DNA of 64,000 nt, taken from Malacoraja senta. Taxonomy: Eukaryota. Under the pieces are notes generated by a model. It searched no databases and was not told the origin of the DNA. It was given only the letters and a program-made list of their open reading frames with translations. How positions within the stretch are numbered: the first letter of the stretch is position 1; every line of letters starts with the position of its first letter. A program made the position numbers and the translations under genes. The stretch covers positions 52,824,001 to 52,888,000 of the forward strand of contig CM075977.1 of assembly GCA_038087875.1 (NCBI GenBank). Reading direction: 5' to 3'. Below are positions 1 through 11,036 of the stretch, in pieces.

Positions 1-99
1 AAGTAATCTGCAAATATCATCTAAATATCAAATTTTAAATTCAGCTTTATATATAATCAGTATCTACTTTAACATTTATTTGTCTTCTGACTGACTTTA

Positions 100-425
100 G
101 AAACATAAAGGTGTACAACACAGAAATGATTCCTTTGGCCTATTTCGTCACCGCCAACCTTTTTGCCCATCAACCTTGATCCCATTTGCCCGGGTTAGGA
201 TCTTATCCATCTAAGTCTTGCCTATTTAAATGTCTGTCAATATTCCTCTTAAGCATAGTGATAGTTTCTGAATCCTCCACCTCTGGCAGCATGTTCTACT
301 CTGTGTAAAAAAAACATTCCCTAAGACCCCTTTACATTACCCACCTCTCACCTTTAAACTATGCCCTCTTGTATTTGTAGCAAAAAGACTTTCTTCTATC
401 TACCCTACTTTTGCCTCTCGTAATC
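100..425 (-). mobile_element. Diverged CR1-type LINE 3' end fragment
   Basis: Resembles the reverse complement of the CR1 3' region seen repeatedly in the window (cccatttgcc...ctctcacctttaaactatgccct). Confidence 0.55.
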
Positions 426-665
426 TAAACAATGGCAAAAAATGTCCATTTATTTTGACAGTATGGCATGTGGGACTGTGAGTTTTATTCCTTGTTGTGG
501 CATTTGGCCTGTAGGATAAATCCCACAAGCCAGTCACTGGAGAACAGAAAGTCTTAGTTCAGCAGCAGTGTGATTCAATGACTGGTAGACCAGAATGTGC
601 ATTGTTATAGCCTCAATGTGCCCAGTAATACCAGCAGCATATTGTAATTAAAATGCATTGAAATA

Positions 666-1000
666 CAGTAAAACATCGCAATAACGAACCTCTAAAGAGC
701 AGATTTCAGTTATAATCGGTTCCCATTCACCCCCCCCACCTTTCACTTCCGGCAGTTACCCAAAGAGCTGGCATCACGTGAGTACCGGGCCTGTCCCCGG
801 CACACCGCGTGTGGCTCTGTGGCCCCACTGGCCTGTGAATTCTCACGTGTTTAATCCCCACCACCCATCCCGCCAATGCTACGTTGCTTCCCTCCCGGCC
901 TGGGATTAATCTTCACCCTCCCCCTCACTCAGTTATACCGGTCAATCGGCAATAATGCAGACTATTCTCCCCTCCACCCTGCGATAGCGAGGGTTTAATG
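666..1000. mobile_element. Tigger/pogo-like non-autonomous DNA element (MITE)
   Basis: Starts TA|CAGTAAAACATCGCAATA and ends TAGCGAGGGTTTAATG, a degenerate inverted repeat of the CAGTAAAAC type; GC-rich interior. Confidence 0.5.
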
Positions 1001-1825
1001 AGCTTAGACATTAATAAACTGGGAGAATGGATTTCATGTGATTTTATTACCAATATTTGCACAGGATTTTAAATAGTGCGGACTTAATGGGAAGGTAGTA
1101 GAAAGTAGAAACACCTCAGGACTGAAAGTGCAAGTAGAGTAAATATAAAGTTGTAAAGATAAATATTGGACACTTTATATGCCAGGACATAAAGTACAAG
1201 AGCAATAACAATTGTATACAGAGCTAAGCCATGGTAAAATGAACTGGATTCAACCTTGGGGTGCTCTGTCATAGAAAGATATTAATGCCATAGGAAATGC
1301 ATGCAAGGCTTACCAGGTTGATAGAAGAGATTAAGAAACTGCCGATGGAAAGACCTGGAATACATTTGTGGTTTCCACTGGGATGAAGAAGATCAAGAGG
1401 AGATTTAATAAAGATTTTTAAACTTATGCAGAGTTCTGGTAGGATGAATAGGAAAAAAAGGTTATAATTTCTAAAGTTTTGTTGGGGCTCTGAGTATTTT
1501 TGCCATAAGTAGTCGACACAAATGGATCTGTTCAACAGTCAAGCGTGTTTTATAGTCATATGTTCCGAAACAGAACAAGAATTTCTTACTTGCAGCAACG
1601 CAACAGAAAGGTAGGCAGAGTACTGTGTAAACACCATAATTTACACCAAAAAGATGTTTAGTGTATAAAAAACAAACAAACAACATTGGTGCAGACACAA
1701 ACAGTGCTCCCCAAGTCTATGTAGTTTGGAGCTTAGTTGGATGTTGTAGTGTTTAATAGCCTGATGGTTGGTGAGAAGAAGCTGCTCCTGAACCTGGACG
1801 TTACAGTTTTCAGGCTCCTATACAT

Positions 1826-1935
1826 GGCGGCACAGTGGCGCGGCGGTAGAGTAGTTGCCTTACAGCAGATTCAATCCAGGTTCAATCCTCCCTACTGGTG
1901 CTGTCTCTATGGAGTTTGTATCTTCTCCCTGTGAA
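1826..1935 (+). mobile_element. V-SINE/HE1-like SINE, 5' head fragment
   Basis: ggcggcacagtggcgcggcggtagagtagttgccttacagc...ggttcaatcc: tRNA-like A/B boxes matching the other SINE copies. Confidence 0.75.
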
Positions 1936-1991
1936 ACAAAGTTATTTTGATGTGTTCTTTTTGCTGAGGGGAGAACATAGTTTCAGGCACA

Positions 1992-2135
1992 AGATAGACA
2001 CTAAAAGCTGGAGTAGCTCGAGACACGAAACATCACCCATTCCTTCTCTCTAGAGATGCTGCCTGTCCCGCTGAGTTACTCCAGCATTTTGTATCTATCT
2101 TCGGTTTAAACCAGCATCGGCAGTTCCTTCCTACA
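1992..2135. mobile_element. Penelope pLTR-derived short element, fold-back, ribozyme core deleted
   Basis: agatagacactaaaagctggagtagctc followed by the reverse-oriented arm gagttactccagcattttgtatctatct. Confidence 0.7.
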
Positions 2136-2542
2136 AATATTTTGAGGCACAAATATGTTTCCAGTAACCAGTTCATAACAAGCAAGGGCTTCATTCAAGA
2201 GTCAAGTTGTTTTATTGTCAGGGGATAGGACTAAGAAATTTGCTGTCCTGGGCACCAGCATGTAGGAGATGGGCCGAATGGCTGCCTCCTTGGGCCATTA
2301 TTGGTATAACATGTTGAACCTGATAATGATTTGACCTGAAACGTTAGCTCCGATTGTCTCTCTAGACAGCTGTGCATACCCAACGTTATCAATAACTAAA
2401 TTAATGGTGACGCATGAATAACAATGAACAAACTTTCCACCCTTGATAAAACAGCTGGTTGTAAAGGTGCTTTTATTTAGATTTTTACTATGTGTCTTAG
2501 TCTTAACTTCAGGTGACAATCCTTTAGACTTGTGGGACACAA

Positions 2543-2815
2543 GTGAGATACAGCGTGGAACAGGCCCTTTGGCCCACCGCGGCTGCGCTGACCAGCGATC
2601 ACCATACTCCTGCACACCAAGGACAATTTACAATTTTACTGGTGCCAATTATTCTACGAACCTGTACGTCTTTGGAATGTGGGAGGAAACCGGAAACCGG
2701 GCGGTCACAGGGAGAACGTATAAACTCCATACAGACAGCACCCGTAATCAGGATCAAACCTGGGTCTCTGGCGCGGTAAAGCAACAACTCTACTGCTGCG
2801 CCAGAGTGCTGCCCT
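2543..2815 (-). mobile_element. V-SINE/HE1-like SINE
   Basis: Near full-length reverse complement of the window's SINE consensus. Confidence 0.85.
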
Positions 2816-2914
2816 AATTGATTAACAATAAATTCCCAAACAAAATTTGTAGCATCCTTTGCAATTTAACCACACAGGTATGGCCTTTTTATCAGGCCCT
2901 TTTACTGTGAACAG

Positions 2915-3137
2915 TGTGGCAGCACCTCGTGGCAACCAAGGGCACAACGAACCATCGGCTTTGGAGGGCGGCGTCTTGGTGTGGGAGGCGGTAGTCACTG
3001 GGTCGGTACCTGAGTTGGTATTTAAGGCTGGGCAATGCCCGTGACCTCAGGGGAGTAGGGAGCTAGATTGAAGAGAATAAACACGTCTAGTGCAACAACT
3101 CGTGTCCGACTAGTTTTGGGCTGTAGTCCCCGCTACA
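2915..3137 (+). mobile_element. Solo LTR (Gypsy-like, 223 bp)
   Basis: TGTGGC...GCTACA termini; exact 4-bp TSD ACAG at 2911-2914 and 3138-3141; internal TATTTAA then AATAAA. Confidence 0.8.
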
Positions 3138-3666
3138 ACAGCCTAATTTCCTCATTGATTACACAATCATTTTCCTTGTTTTGTTAATTTACAGGATTGA
3201 TTATCCTTAATTAATTTGGAAAATGTGGTAACGAATAGTCTTCTTGAATTAGATACTTTATTGTCACATGTAACTAAATGCAGTGAAATGTTGTGTTTTT
3301 GCGTACAATGAAAAGAGTGGGCATATATCTGGCACCAACAACGGACACATTATAGTCCCGATGGTCCCTCATTATTCCTTGTGGTGGGAGCACTCACCTG
3401 GTGTTGCTGGGCAGGGGATCGACAATGGGGAATGATGAATAAACTGGATCGTGCGTGATCTGTGGGGAGCCGCAGAGGGCGACAAGACAATGTGACTGCT
3501 GTTCTTCCCTTTCTCGGTGGGAGAAGTAATGAATTTTGAAGGATGTGGTGGAAGAGGTCGTTGATTTTGACAGCTGGTGTAGGATTAGGGAGAGGTTAGG
3601 GTGAGAACAATTGCCAGAACATCACAAATGATGCTTGTGGTTGTAACAAGAGAAGAACTGACTTCA

Positions 3667-3762
3667 AAGATAGACACAAAATGCTGGAGTAACTCAATGG
3701 GTTAGGCAGCATCTCTGGAGAAAAGGAATAGGTGACATTTTGGGTCAAGACCCTTCTTCAGA
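3667..3762 (-). mobile_element. Penelope pLTR-derived short element with mutated hammerhead motif
   Basis: Minus strand reads CTGAAGAAGGGTCTTGACCCAAAATGTCACC (GAAA changed to AAAA). Confidence 0.75.
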
Positions 3763-4319
3763 AAAGAAAAAGAACAGATTTGCATCCTTTCGTTCTGCGC
3801 TGAGACCGTTTTTTTAATCTGACGGTATATTCAGTATCAGAGAGCTCCCCTTGGCACCTGCTAATACATCAACACAACTAATTTCAATTTCCTAAAATAT
3901 TGCCTTTTTTCTTAGGAACATTGTCTTTTCTTCTAATTCAGAGTTTGAAAAGTAATGGCAAGAATGTATGCCAAAGTCTTTGTTCCAAGTTTTCTGCGCA
4001 GTTGGCTGATTCTGGGATTATCCTCGATGTTATGACTTGGCTTCCATGGGGACCTTTTGATCTGAATAATGTCTTCCTACAGCTCTTTTGTTTCTTTCCC
4101 TGGAACTTTGAGTTAGCACAAAGGCGCACTGCAGCCTCACAGGTCCAAGGGACTGGCCTCGAACCTCACCTTGGGTGCCACCAGTGTGGAGTTCATACAT
4201 TTTCTGTGTGACTGGGTGGATTTCCTCTGATGGTTCTGCTTTTCTTCCATATCTCTAACGTCATGATGCCCCAATTATGCAATGCAGGTTAACGGCAAAA
4301 AGACTCAGAGGTCAGTCTT

Positions 4320-4617
4320 GGATTAGTTTAGAGATACAGTGTGGAAACAGGCCCCTTGACCCACCCAGTCCGCGCCGACCAGCGATCACCTTAGCACTAT
4401 CCTACACTAGGGACAAATTACAATTTTTACCAAAGCCATTTAACCTACAAACCTGAATGTCTTTGGAGCGTGGGAAGAAACCGAAGTGTGGGCGAAAACC
4501 GACGTGGACACAGGGAGAACATGCAAACTCTGCACAGATAGCATCTGTAGTCAGGATTGAACCTGGGTCTTTGGCGCTGTGAGGCAGCAATTCTACCACT
4601 GCACCATTGTGCCACCC
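4320..4617 (-). mobile_element. V-SINE/HE1-like SINE
   Basis: Full-length reverse copy with CTAAA tail. Confidence 0.85.
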
Positions 4618-4707
4618 GAATCGATGGTTATGTGTGAGAGAATCAGTTACAGTGTTATAGGGAAGTAAGAAGAGAGAGTAGGGGATGCAAGGAATTGCTC
4701 CCCATAG

Positions 4708-5008
4708 GATAGACACAAAGTGCTGGAGGAAGCACCTCTGGAGAGAATAAAAAAGGTGATGTTTCCGGTCGGCACCCTTCTTCAGACGGAAAGTAGAGGT
4801 GGGGGAATAAACTGGAGGCAAATCGAGGATCAGAACAGATCGGGGCCATCAACAGTTGACCTCAGGATGGGTGGAGCTCATAATGGCCCATTGTTGACTG
4901 GGGAAGATGTGATAACTAGAGGTATACAAGAATGGGATCAGTGGAACTGGTGGGATGACTAGGGTGGTAGATAGGGGCGGGGAAGGAATGCAGGAGTTTC
5001 TTGAAATA
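4708..5008 (-). mobile_element. Penelope 3' end (pLTR plus 3' UTR)
   Basis: Colinear with 16921-17225, which adjoins the GIY-YIG coding remnant. Confidence 0.65.
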
Positions 5009-5039
5009 AGTGTTATAAGATTTCTGCCTATTCCATAAG

Positions 5040-5390
5040 CTCATAGACATAGGAGCAGAATTAGGCCATTCAGCCCATCGAGTCTGCTCCACCATTTAAT
5101 CATGGCTGATCTATTTTCCCTTCTTAACCCCATTCTCCTGCCATCTCCCCTTATCCTTTGATGCCCTTACTAATCAATAACCTGTCAAACTCAGCTTTAA
5201 AAATGCTCAATGTCTTGGCCACCACAACCATCTGTGGCAATGAATTCCACAGATTCACCAACCTCTGGCTAAAGAAATTCCTCCTCACCTTCATTCTAAA
5301 GGTACAGGTATGGCATTTTATTCTGAGGCTGCACCCTCTAGTTCTAAACTCTCCCAGAAACTGCAAATATCCTCTCCACATCCACTCTAC
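5040..5390 (-). mobile_element. CR1-type LINE 3' end
   Basis: ORF 5151-5411 contains RRNFFSQRLVNLWNSLP...FKAEFDRLL, the CR1 ORF2 C-terminus. Confidence 0.85.
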
Positions 5391-5499
5391 ATGGGCCACG
5401 TTCCTAGACATTTATCACATTATCACACGAGACAACTGAGAGATACAAACCACACAAAAATAGTGAACAGATTGGGAGTCTTTACTTTATTCTTTCGAT

Positions 5500-5765
5500 T
5501 TTTAGAGGTACCGCGTGGAAACAGGCCCTTCGGCCCACTGAGTCCACTCCGACTAGCGATCTCTACGCGCACACTAGACCTCCATACACTAGCAGTGTCC
5601 TACACACTAGGGATCATTTACACTTTACAGAAGCCAATGAACCTACAAACCTGTATGCCTTTGGAGTGTGGGAGGAAACCAGAGCACCGGAGAAAACCAA
5701 CGCAGTCACAAACAAACTCTGTACAAACAGCACCCGTAGTCAGGATCGAACCAGGGTCTCTGGTC
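5500..5765 (-). mobile_element. V-SINE/HE1-like SINE
   Basis: Matches the SINE consensus. Confidence 0.8.
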
Positions 5766-6239
5766 CTGTGCCAAAGATTCCTTTGGAAGAGTGAAGGTGG
5801 AGAGGTGAGCATCTTTATAATTCAGCAAGGGCTGCTAGACAAGACCTGTGGTGTGATCAGTACGCTGCTGAGACCTGGAGTTATTTTAACAGTCAGTGTA
5901 CTTAGTTTGCTCATTTAAAATGTGCTTGGCAGACATTTGACAATGTAGAAGAGAGCTACATTACAGAATATTGGTCCGTATTGCCTTACTGCCAGATAAC
6001 AGACACAAAGCATTTTTTACATGGGAATGGGAATTCAGTCGTATGCATGCGGCCCATGTAATGTGTCCAGTGTTGCAAGCACTGCCCCTGTGGTCCTCTC
6101 CCCTGTGACAAATAGGTTCAGCATATGGATGGAGCTTCCACTTGTTTGTAGATGAAGTGTCCATGAATATGATCTGGTCAATAATTATAATAGGGAGGAA
6201 ATTGGGAATAATATATTTCCCACGAGAATGGATAGAATA

Positions 6240-6570
6240 TATGCCGAGAATGAAGGAGGACCCAGCAAGGGGGGGGGGGGGGGGGAGAGAACGAGCGGGT
6301 CCCACCGAGAATGAAGGGGGACTGGGTGGGTGGGGGCCAACGAGATCAAAGGGGGACGCATGGTGGGTGGGGGGCTGCTGACAAGTGCAGCGGCAGGCAG
6401 TAGATGGGACTGTTAGGTGAACATTTGTAACTTTTTCGGTACCAAACCGTGGTGACACTTGTGTACTGCCTAGGCGGGGTCTGCCATATAATTTTACCAG
6501 ATTATATGCAGAACAAGACATTTCACTCTATCTAAGTGTGTGTGACAATAAAGTATCATTGAATCATTGA
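6240..6570 (+). mobile_element. Non-autonomous retroelement with Rex1/L2-type tail
   Basis: G-rich body ending tgtgacaataaagtatcattgaatcattga; related reverse copy near 57860-58040. Confidence 0.45.
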
Positions 6571-6974
6571 TATCACACGGAATAATGAAGGCAAATGCAT
6601 TTATGGAGTAGCTGAACAAGAAATGCATTTAAGGGGAGGCTAAATTAGTAGTGTATTAGGGAGAAAGGAATGGAAGGAGATATTTAGGGGAGAACATTTA
6701 GTGGAGGCGGAGGATGCTTGTGTGGAACCTAGCACCTGTTTAGACTGTTGGGCCCAGTGCCCTGTTTCAATGCCATAAATTATACATGACAGGTATAAAT
6801 TATACATGGCATTGGGCCAAACTGGTAGCTTGTAAATCTGCATGATAAATACTGGTGGTTTCTTCAGTTATGGGAGCATCAACAGCCACACCCTTGTTCT
6901 TATCACACAAAAGGCAAACTTCTTCCGGGAAAGAGACCCACCATAGTTCCAGGACACAAAGTGCTACAATAGAC

Positions 6975-7169
6975 TTTTGAGAAACAGGCCGGTCGACCCA
7001 CCGAGTCTGCAGTGACCAGCGATCACCCCGTACACCAGCACTATTCGACACACAAGGGACAATGTATAACTTTTACTGAAGCCAATTACCCTACAAACCT
7101 GTGAGTCTTTGGAGTGTGGGAGGAAACCCATGTAGTCACGGGGAGAATGTACAAACTTCGTACAGACAG
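6975..7169 (-). mobile_element. SINE 3' part; its 5' head lies at 9275-9335
   Basis: Breaks at ...tacagacag and resumes tagtcaggatc...gccactgtgctgc at 9275. Confidence 0.75.
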
Positions 7170-8164
7170 CAGGGCTGCCAACTCTCACGCATTGAGCGTG
7201 AGACTCACGCATTTGATGAAATTCTCATGCTCTCACGCTGATGACAGAAGTTCTCACGCTCAATTTAAAAAAAAATATATATATAAATAATAAATAAAGT
7301 CGCACTCCTCCACACTCACCAATGAGAATAGTTTTCTGTCGGCGGGTTTCCCGTAAAGAACGAGCTTCAGCCCATCGCACACTATTTAAAATAGTCCGCT
7401 ATTTAAAATTAATCCTCCAGCATTTTTGTCTACCGCTCTATAGATGCTGCCTCACCCGCATTCACATTCCCGTGCAGATGGTGTGATAGGTGAGACATGG
7501 CGGTGGTCCCAGCACCGCCCCCCCCCTCCTGAGGCACTGCTCACACCTCCCACCCTCACTTCCGGAGGCTCTGTGTCCGTCGGCCGCTCTGTCCACACCG
7601 CATGGAGTTTTACCCCGGCCCAGAGCCAGGAGCGGACCGGGTGAGTGCCGCCTCCGAAGCCGCGGGGCTAAGGCTCCGCTCCGATGCCCGACCCCCGGGT
7701 CACTGTCCCTCACCTTCCCGGGGAGGGGGGGGAGAGAGGGAAATGCTCCCCGGACATCCCCAAGTCTCCACTCACTCCGGGTGTTGTCGCCGCTTCACTG
7801 ACACACTCTCACACACAACCCAACACACACCCTTACACACTCACTGACACACACAAGGTTTAAAGGGATATGGGCCAAATGCAGATAAATGGGACAATTT
7901 AGATGGGGCATCTTGCTCTGCATGGACAAGTTGGGATGAAGGGACTGTTTCCTTGCTGTAAGACTATGACACATTGTAGAAAGGGTGCAATTGCTCTGGA
8001 GAGGATCCAGGGGTGATTTATGAACATATTGGCTGGAATATTTTTTGCACTTTGAAGAAAGATTTGATAACTGGGATTGTATTCTCTGCAGCGACGGAGG
8101 TGAAGAAAAGACTTACTTGAGGTGAATAATATTATGAGAATAGGACCTGTTTCGCTTAACAAAG

Positions 8165-8298
8165 AGTGTAGGAAGGAACTGCAGATGGTGGTTTAAACTG
8201 AAGATAGACACTAAAAGCTGGAATAACTCAGCAGGACAGGCAGCATCGCTGGAGAGAAAGAATAGGTGATGTTACGGGTTGAGACCTTCAGACTGAAG
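8165..8298 (-). mobile_element. Penelope pLTR-derived short element
   Basis: gtgtaggaaggaactgcagatg...gagaccttcagactga consensus; ribozyme core damaged. Confidence 0.75.
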
Positions 8299-8431
8299 AG
8301 GTTGAAAACCAGCCATAAGACACAATGACTGGAGATGTGTGTTATCCAACTAAGGGAAGAAATCAGAATCATGTGTTCATCTTTATTGACGTGACACCAT
8401 AATAAATATATTACCGAAAAAATAATGTAAT

Positions 8432-8707
8432 GGGGTGGCACGGTGGCGCAGCGGTAGAGTTGCTGTCTTGCAGCACCGCAGACCCAGATTGGATCCTGAC
8501 TACGGGTGCTGTCTGTACAGTATTTGTACATTCTCCTTATGACCACATGGTTTTCTCTGGATATTCCAGTTTCTCCCACATCAGAAAGAAGTGTAGGTTT
8601 TTAGGTTAATTGGGTTCTGTAAATTGTCCCTGGCGTGTAGGATACAACTGGTGTATGGTAGATTGCTGGTCGGTGTGGACTTGGTGGGCCGAAGGGCCTG
8701 TTTCCAT
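8432..8707 (+). mobile_element. V-SINE/HE1-like SINE
   Basis: Full-length forward copy. Confidence 0.85.
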
Positions 8708-9337
8708 ATATATGTTTTACATATATATCTTAATTTCATTGAATCATATACGGTTGAATATGTAGCATTATTTTTGTCTTGTTTCTATAGTCAAAGGGTA
8801 AGGTTGATTGATTTATTTGTGCAGAACAGTAATGGAAGTCTGACTCCTCTTGCCTTGTTTCTATGTTTTTGTTTATATATCTGCATAACAGCATGAATTT
8901 TAATCTGATTTCCCGACATGAATATACTAAGGTCATTCATGTGCTGCACCTGGTGATCAGAGCCTGGCTCTACTGTGGAATGTAATTAGGAATGTAATTT
9001 AGCCTAACCTTATTCATACCTAATCCAATTTGAAGCACAAATGTTGCATTCAAGTGTAGGTCAAAAGACTCGCGACAGTATGCACCAGATTGCACAATTT
9101 CAAGCTGAAAAATGGAAAAGGTCCCTACCGTGGGAGGGGGCACACCCCCTCCCACACCCTTGCCTCCTCGGTCGCTACGCTCCCTCGCAATTTCTCACTC
9201 TCAACTCTCGCTCAATGTTGGCAGCCCTGAGTCAGGATCAAAGTTGGGAGTCAGGATCCATGTTGGCAGCCCTGTAGTCAGGATCAAACTCTGGGGCTGT
9301 AAGGCTGCAATTTTACCGCTTTGCCACTGTGCTGCTC

Positions 9338-9500
9338 AGTAACTCAGCAGGTCAGGCAGCATCTCTGGAGAACATGGATAGGCAATGTTTCGTGTCAAAA
9401 GGTCACGTATCAATATTCTCCAGGGATGCTTTCTGAACTGCTGAATTATCTCAGCACTTTGTGTCCTTTTATGTAAACCAGCATCTACAGTTTCTAGTTT
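9338..9500. mobile_element. Penelope pLTR-derived fold-back element
   Basis: Two oppositely oriented arms (agtaactcagc...ctctggagaa / ttctccagggatgct...gctgaattatctc). Confidence 0.65.
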
Positions 9501-10289
9501 CAACACCATGGTTCCTGCTTAGATTTGTTAACTCGACATTGACTCAACCTGGGGTTGTGCTTAGTATTAGGGCAAGGGGTGTATTGAACTAACAGGAGAG
9601 ATAGGGAAAAGTAACTTAGAGGTGATGTTAGTCAGCAAATGCCCAGCCCATGAAGCGAATATCCCCTTTAATTCAGGGCCTCTCTAAACTAAAAACGAAA
9701 CAATAAATATAGAAAAAAAGGCTAAGTGTTGTCATTCTTTAGTTGAGAGATACAGCACGGAAACAGACCCTTCAGCCCACCGAGTCTGCGCCCACCAGCG
9801 ATCTCCGCACACTAATACTATCCTATTCACACACTATCCTGCACAGGATCGAATCAGGGTCTCTGCCGCTGGAAGACAGCAACTCTACCGCCGCGAAACC
9901 ATGCCGCCCTGTTAATATTGATTTCCTGTCAACTCATCTCTACAAGCCTTCATTCTATTATTTATAATCGTTTTTCTCTTTGATTAGATGAGATTGTTGG
10001 TAAATCTGCAATGTTCCTTGGTTGTCACTGAGGAGTATTTAACTCTCTGTTGTAACTGGGAGCTGTTTGAATTTACCTGTTCATCTTTCAGTCTTTTTTT
10101 GTCCATTTTTACAGTCACGTTCCTTTCTTTCTGCTTGAAATCAGTTGCAGGAAGATATCATTGTTTCCTTCCACCTACGACCCCTGTACTTTTCATTACA
10201 GTTCCTCAAATGCACAAGTTTACCCAGGGGCAGAGATACAAACATGCATTCAGAAATTTTGAATGCACTGCAAAAAACAAAAAGCCTTA

Positions 10290-10635
10290 AGGGCCTGTCC
10301 CACTTATGCGACCTTTTCAGCGACGGCCAGCACCCGTCATAGGTCGCCGGAAATTTTCAACATGTTGAAAAATCAGCGGCGACCAGAAAGACGCTACGAC
10401 TCTGGGTGACTGGGTGACCTCTCATGACCATACAGGCGACTCCTTGTGACATGTCGCAGGTGTCGCGGGGTGTCACCAGGGGGTCGCCTGTATGGTCATG
10501 AGAGATCTCCTAGTCACCCAAAGAGTCGTAGCGTCTTTCTGGTCCCCGCTGATTTTTCAACATGTTGAAAATTTTCGGCGACCTGTGATGGGTGCTGGCA
10601 GCCACCGAAAAGGTCCCGTAAGTGGGACAGGCGCT
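10290..10635. mobile_element. PIF/Harbinger-like MITE, almost wholly palindromic
   Basis: AGGGCCTGTCCCACTTA...TAAGTGGGACAGGCGCT; TTA on both sides (10287-10289, 10636-10638); arms complementary over most of their length. Confidence 0.85.
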
Positions 10636-10797
10636 TTAGTAGTTGTGACCGTTCTATTTTTGTGTCAAAAATATTTTAAAAGGGACTTATTATCTAATCT
10701 GCAAGTTGTGTGCTATTGCTGTTGTAAAGTATTAATACTCTCTAAAATAAACTTTGAGAACCATAATGAAATTTAAGAAATTTAACCATAATGAAAT

Positions 10798-10891
10798 CTG
10801 AAGAAGGGTTTCGGCCCGAAACGTTACCTATTTCCTTCGCTCCATAGATGCTGCTGCACCCGCTGAGTTTCTCCAGCATTTTTTTGTGTAC
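10798..10891 (+). ncRNA. Minimal hammerhead ribozyme motif in a second pLTR subfamily
   Basis: CTGAAGA-A-GGGT(TTCG)GCCC-GAAA-CG-TT: intact core, 4-bp stem II closed by a UUCG loop; stem I weak. Reverse copy at 34195-34290. Confidence 0.55.
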
Positions 10892-10944
10892 CATGAAATT
10901 TACTTTGGTGCCTTCTGTTTATAAACTTCTTTAAAATACTCTGT

Positions 10945-11036
10945 AAGACACAAAATGCTGGAGTAACTCAGTGAGATAGGCAGCATTTCTGGAAAGAAGG
11001 AATGGGTAAAGTTTCGGGTCAAGACCCTTCTTCAGG
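10945..11036 (-). mobile_element. Penelope pLTR-derived short element with hammerhead motif
   Basis: Minus strand CTGAAGAAGGGTCTTGACCCGAAACTTTACC. Confidence 0.75.

Larger units (their letters stand above)
7170..9274. mobile_element. hAT-like element with CAGGGCTGCCAAC TIRs, containing other repeats
   Basis: Left TIR CAGGGCTGCCAAC at 7170; right TIR GTTGGCAGCCCTG at 9217-9229 and again at 9262-9274; splits a SINE. Confidence 0.65.

Noticed and set aside
1084-1535. Hydrophobic minus-strand ORFs
   Set aside because: Antisense to a decayed plus-strand CR1 fragment (e.g. gaagaagatcaagaggagatttaata).
3900-4115. Possible exon after ttttcttag
   Set aside because: No convincing donor or recognisable peptide on either strand; the long frame runs into a SINE.
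5310-5918. 202-aa ORF
   Set aside because: Runs across a CR1 tail and an antisense SINE; peptides such as LECGRKPEH recur in every SINE copy.
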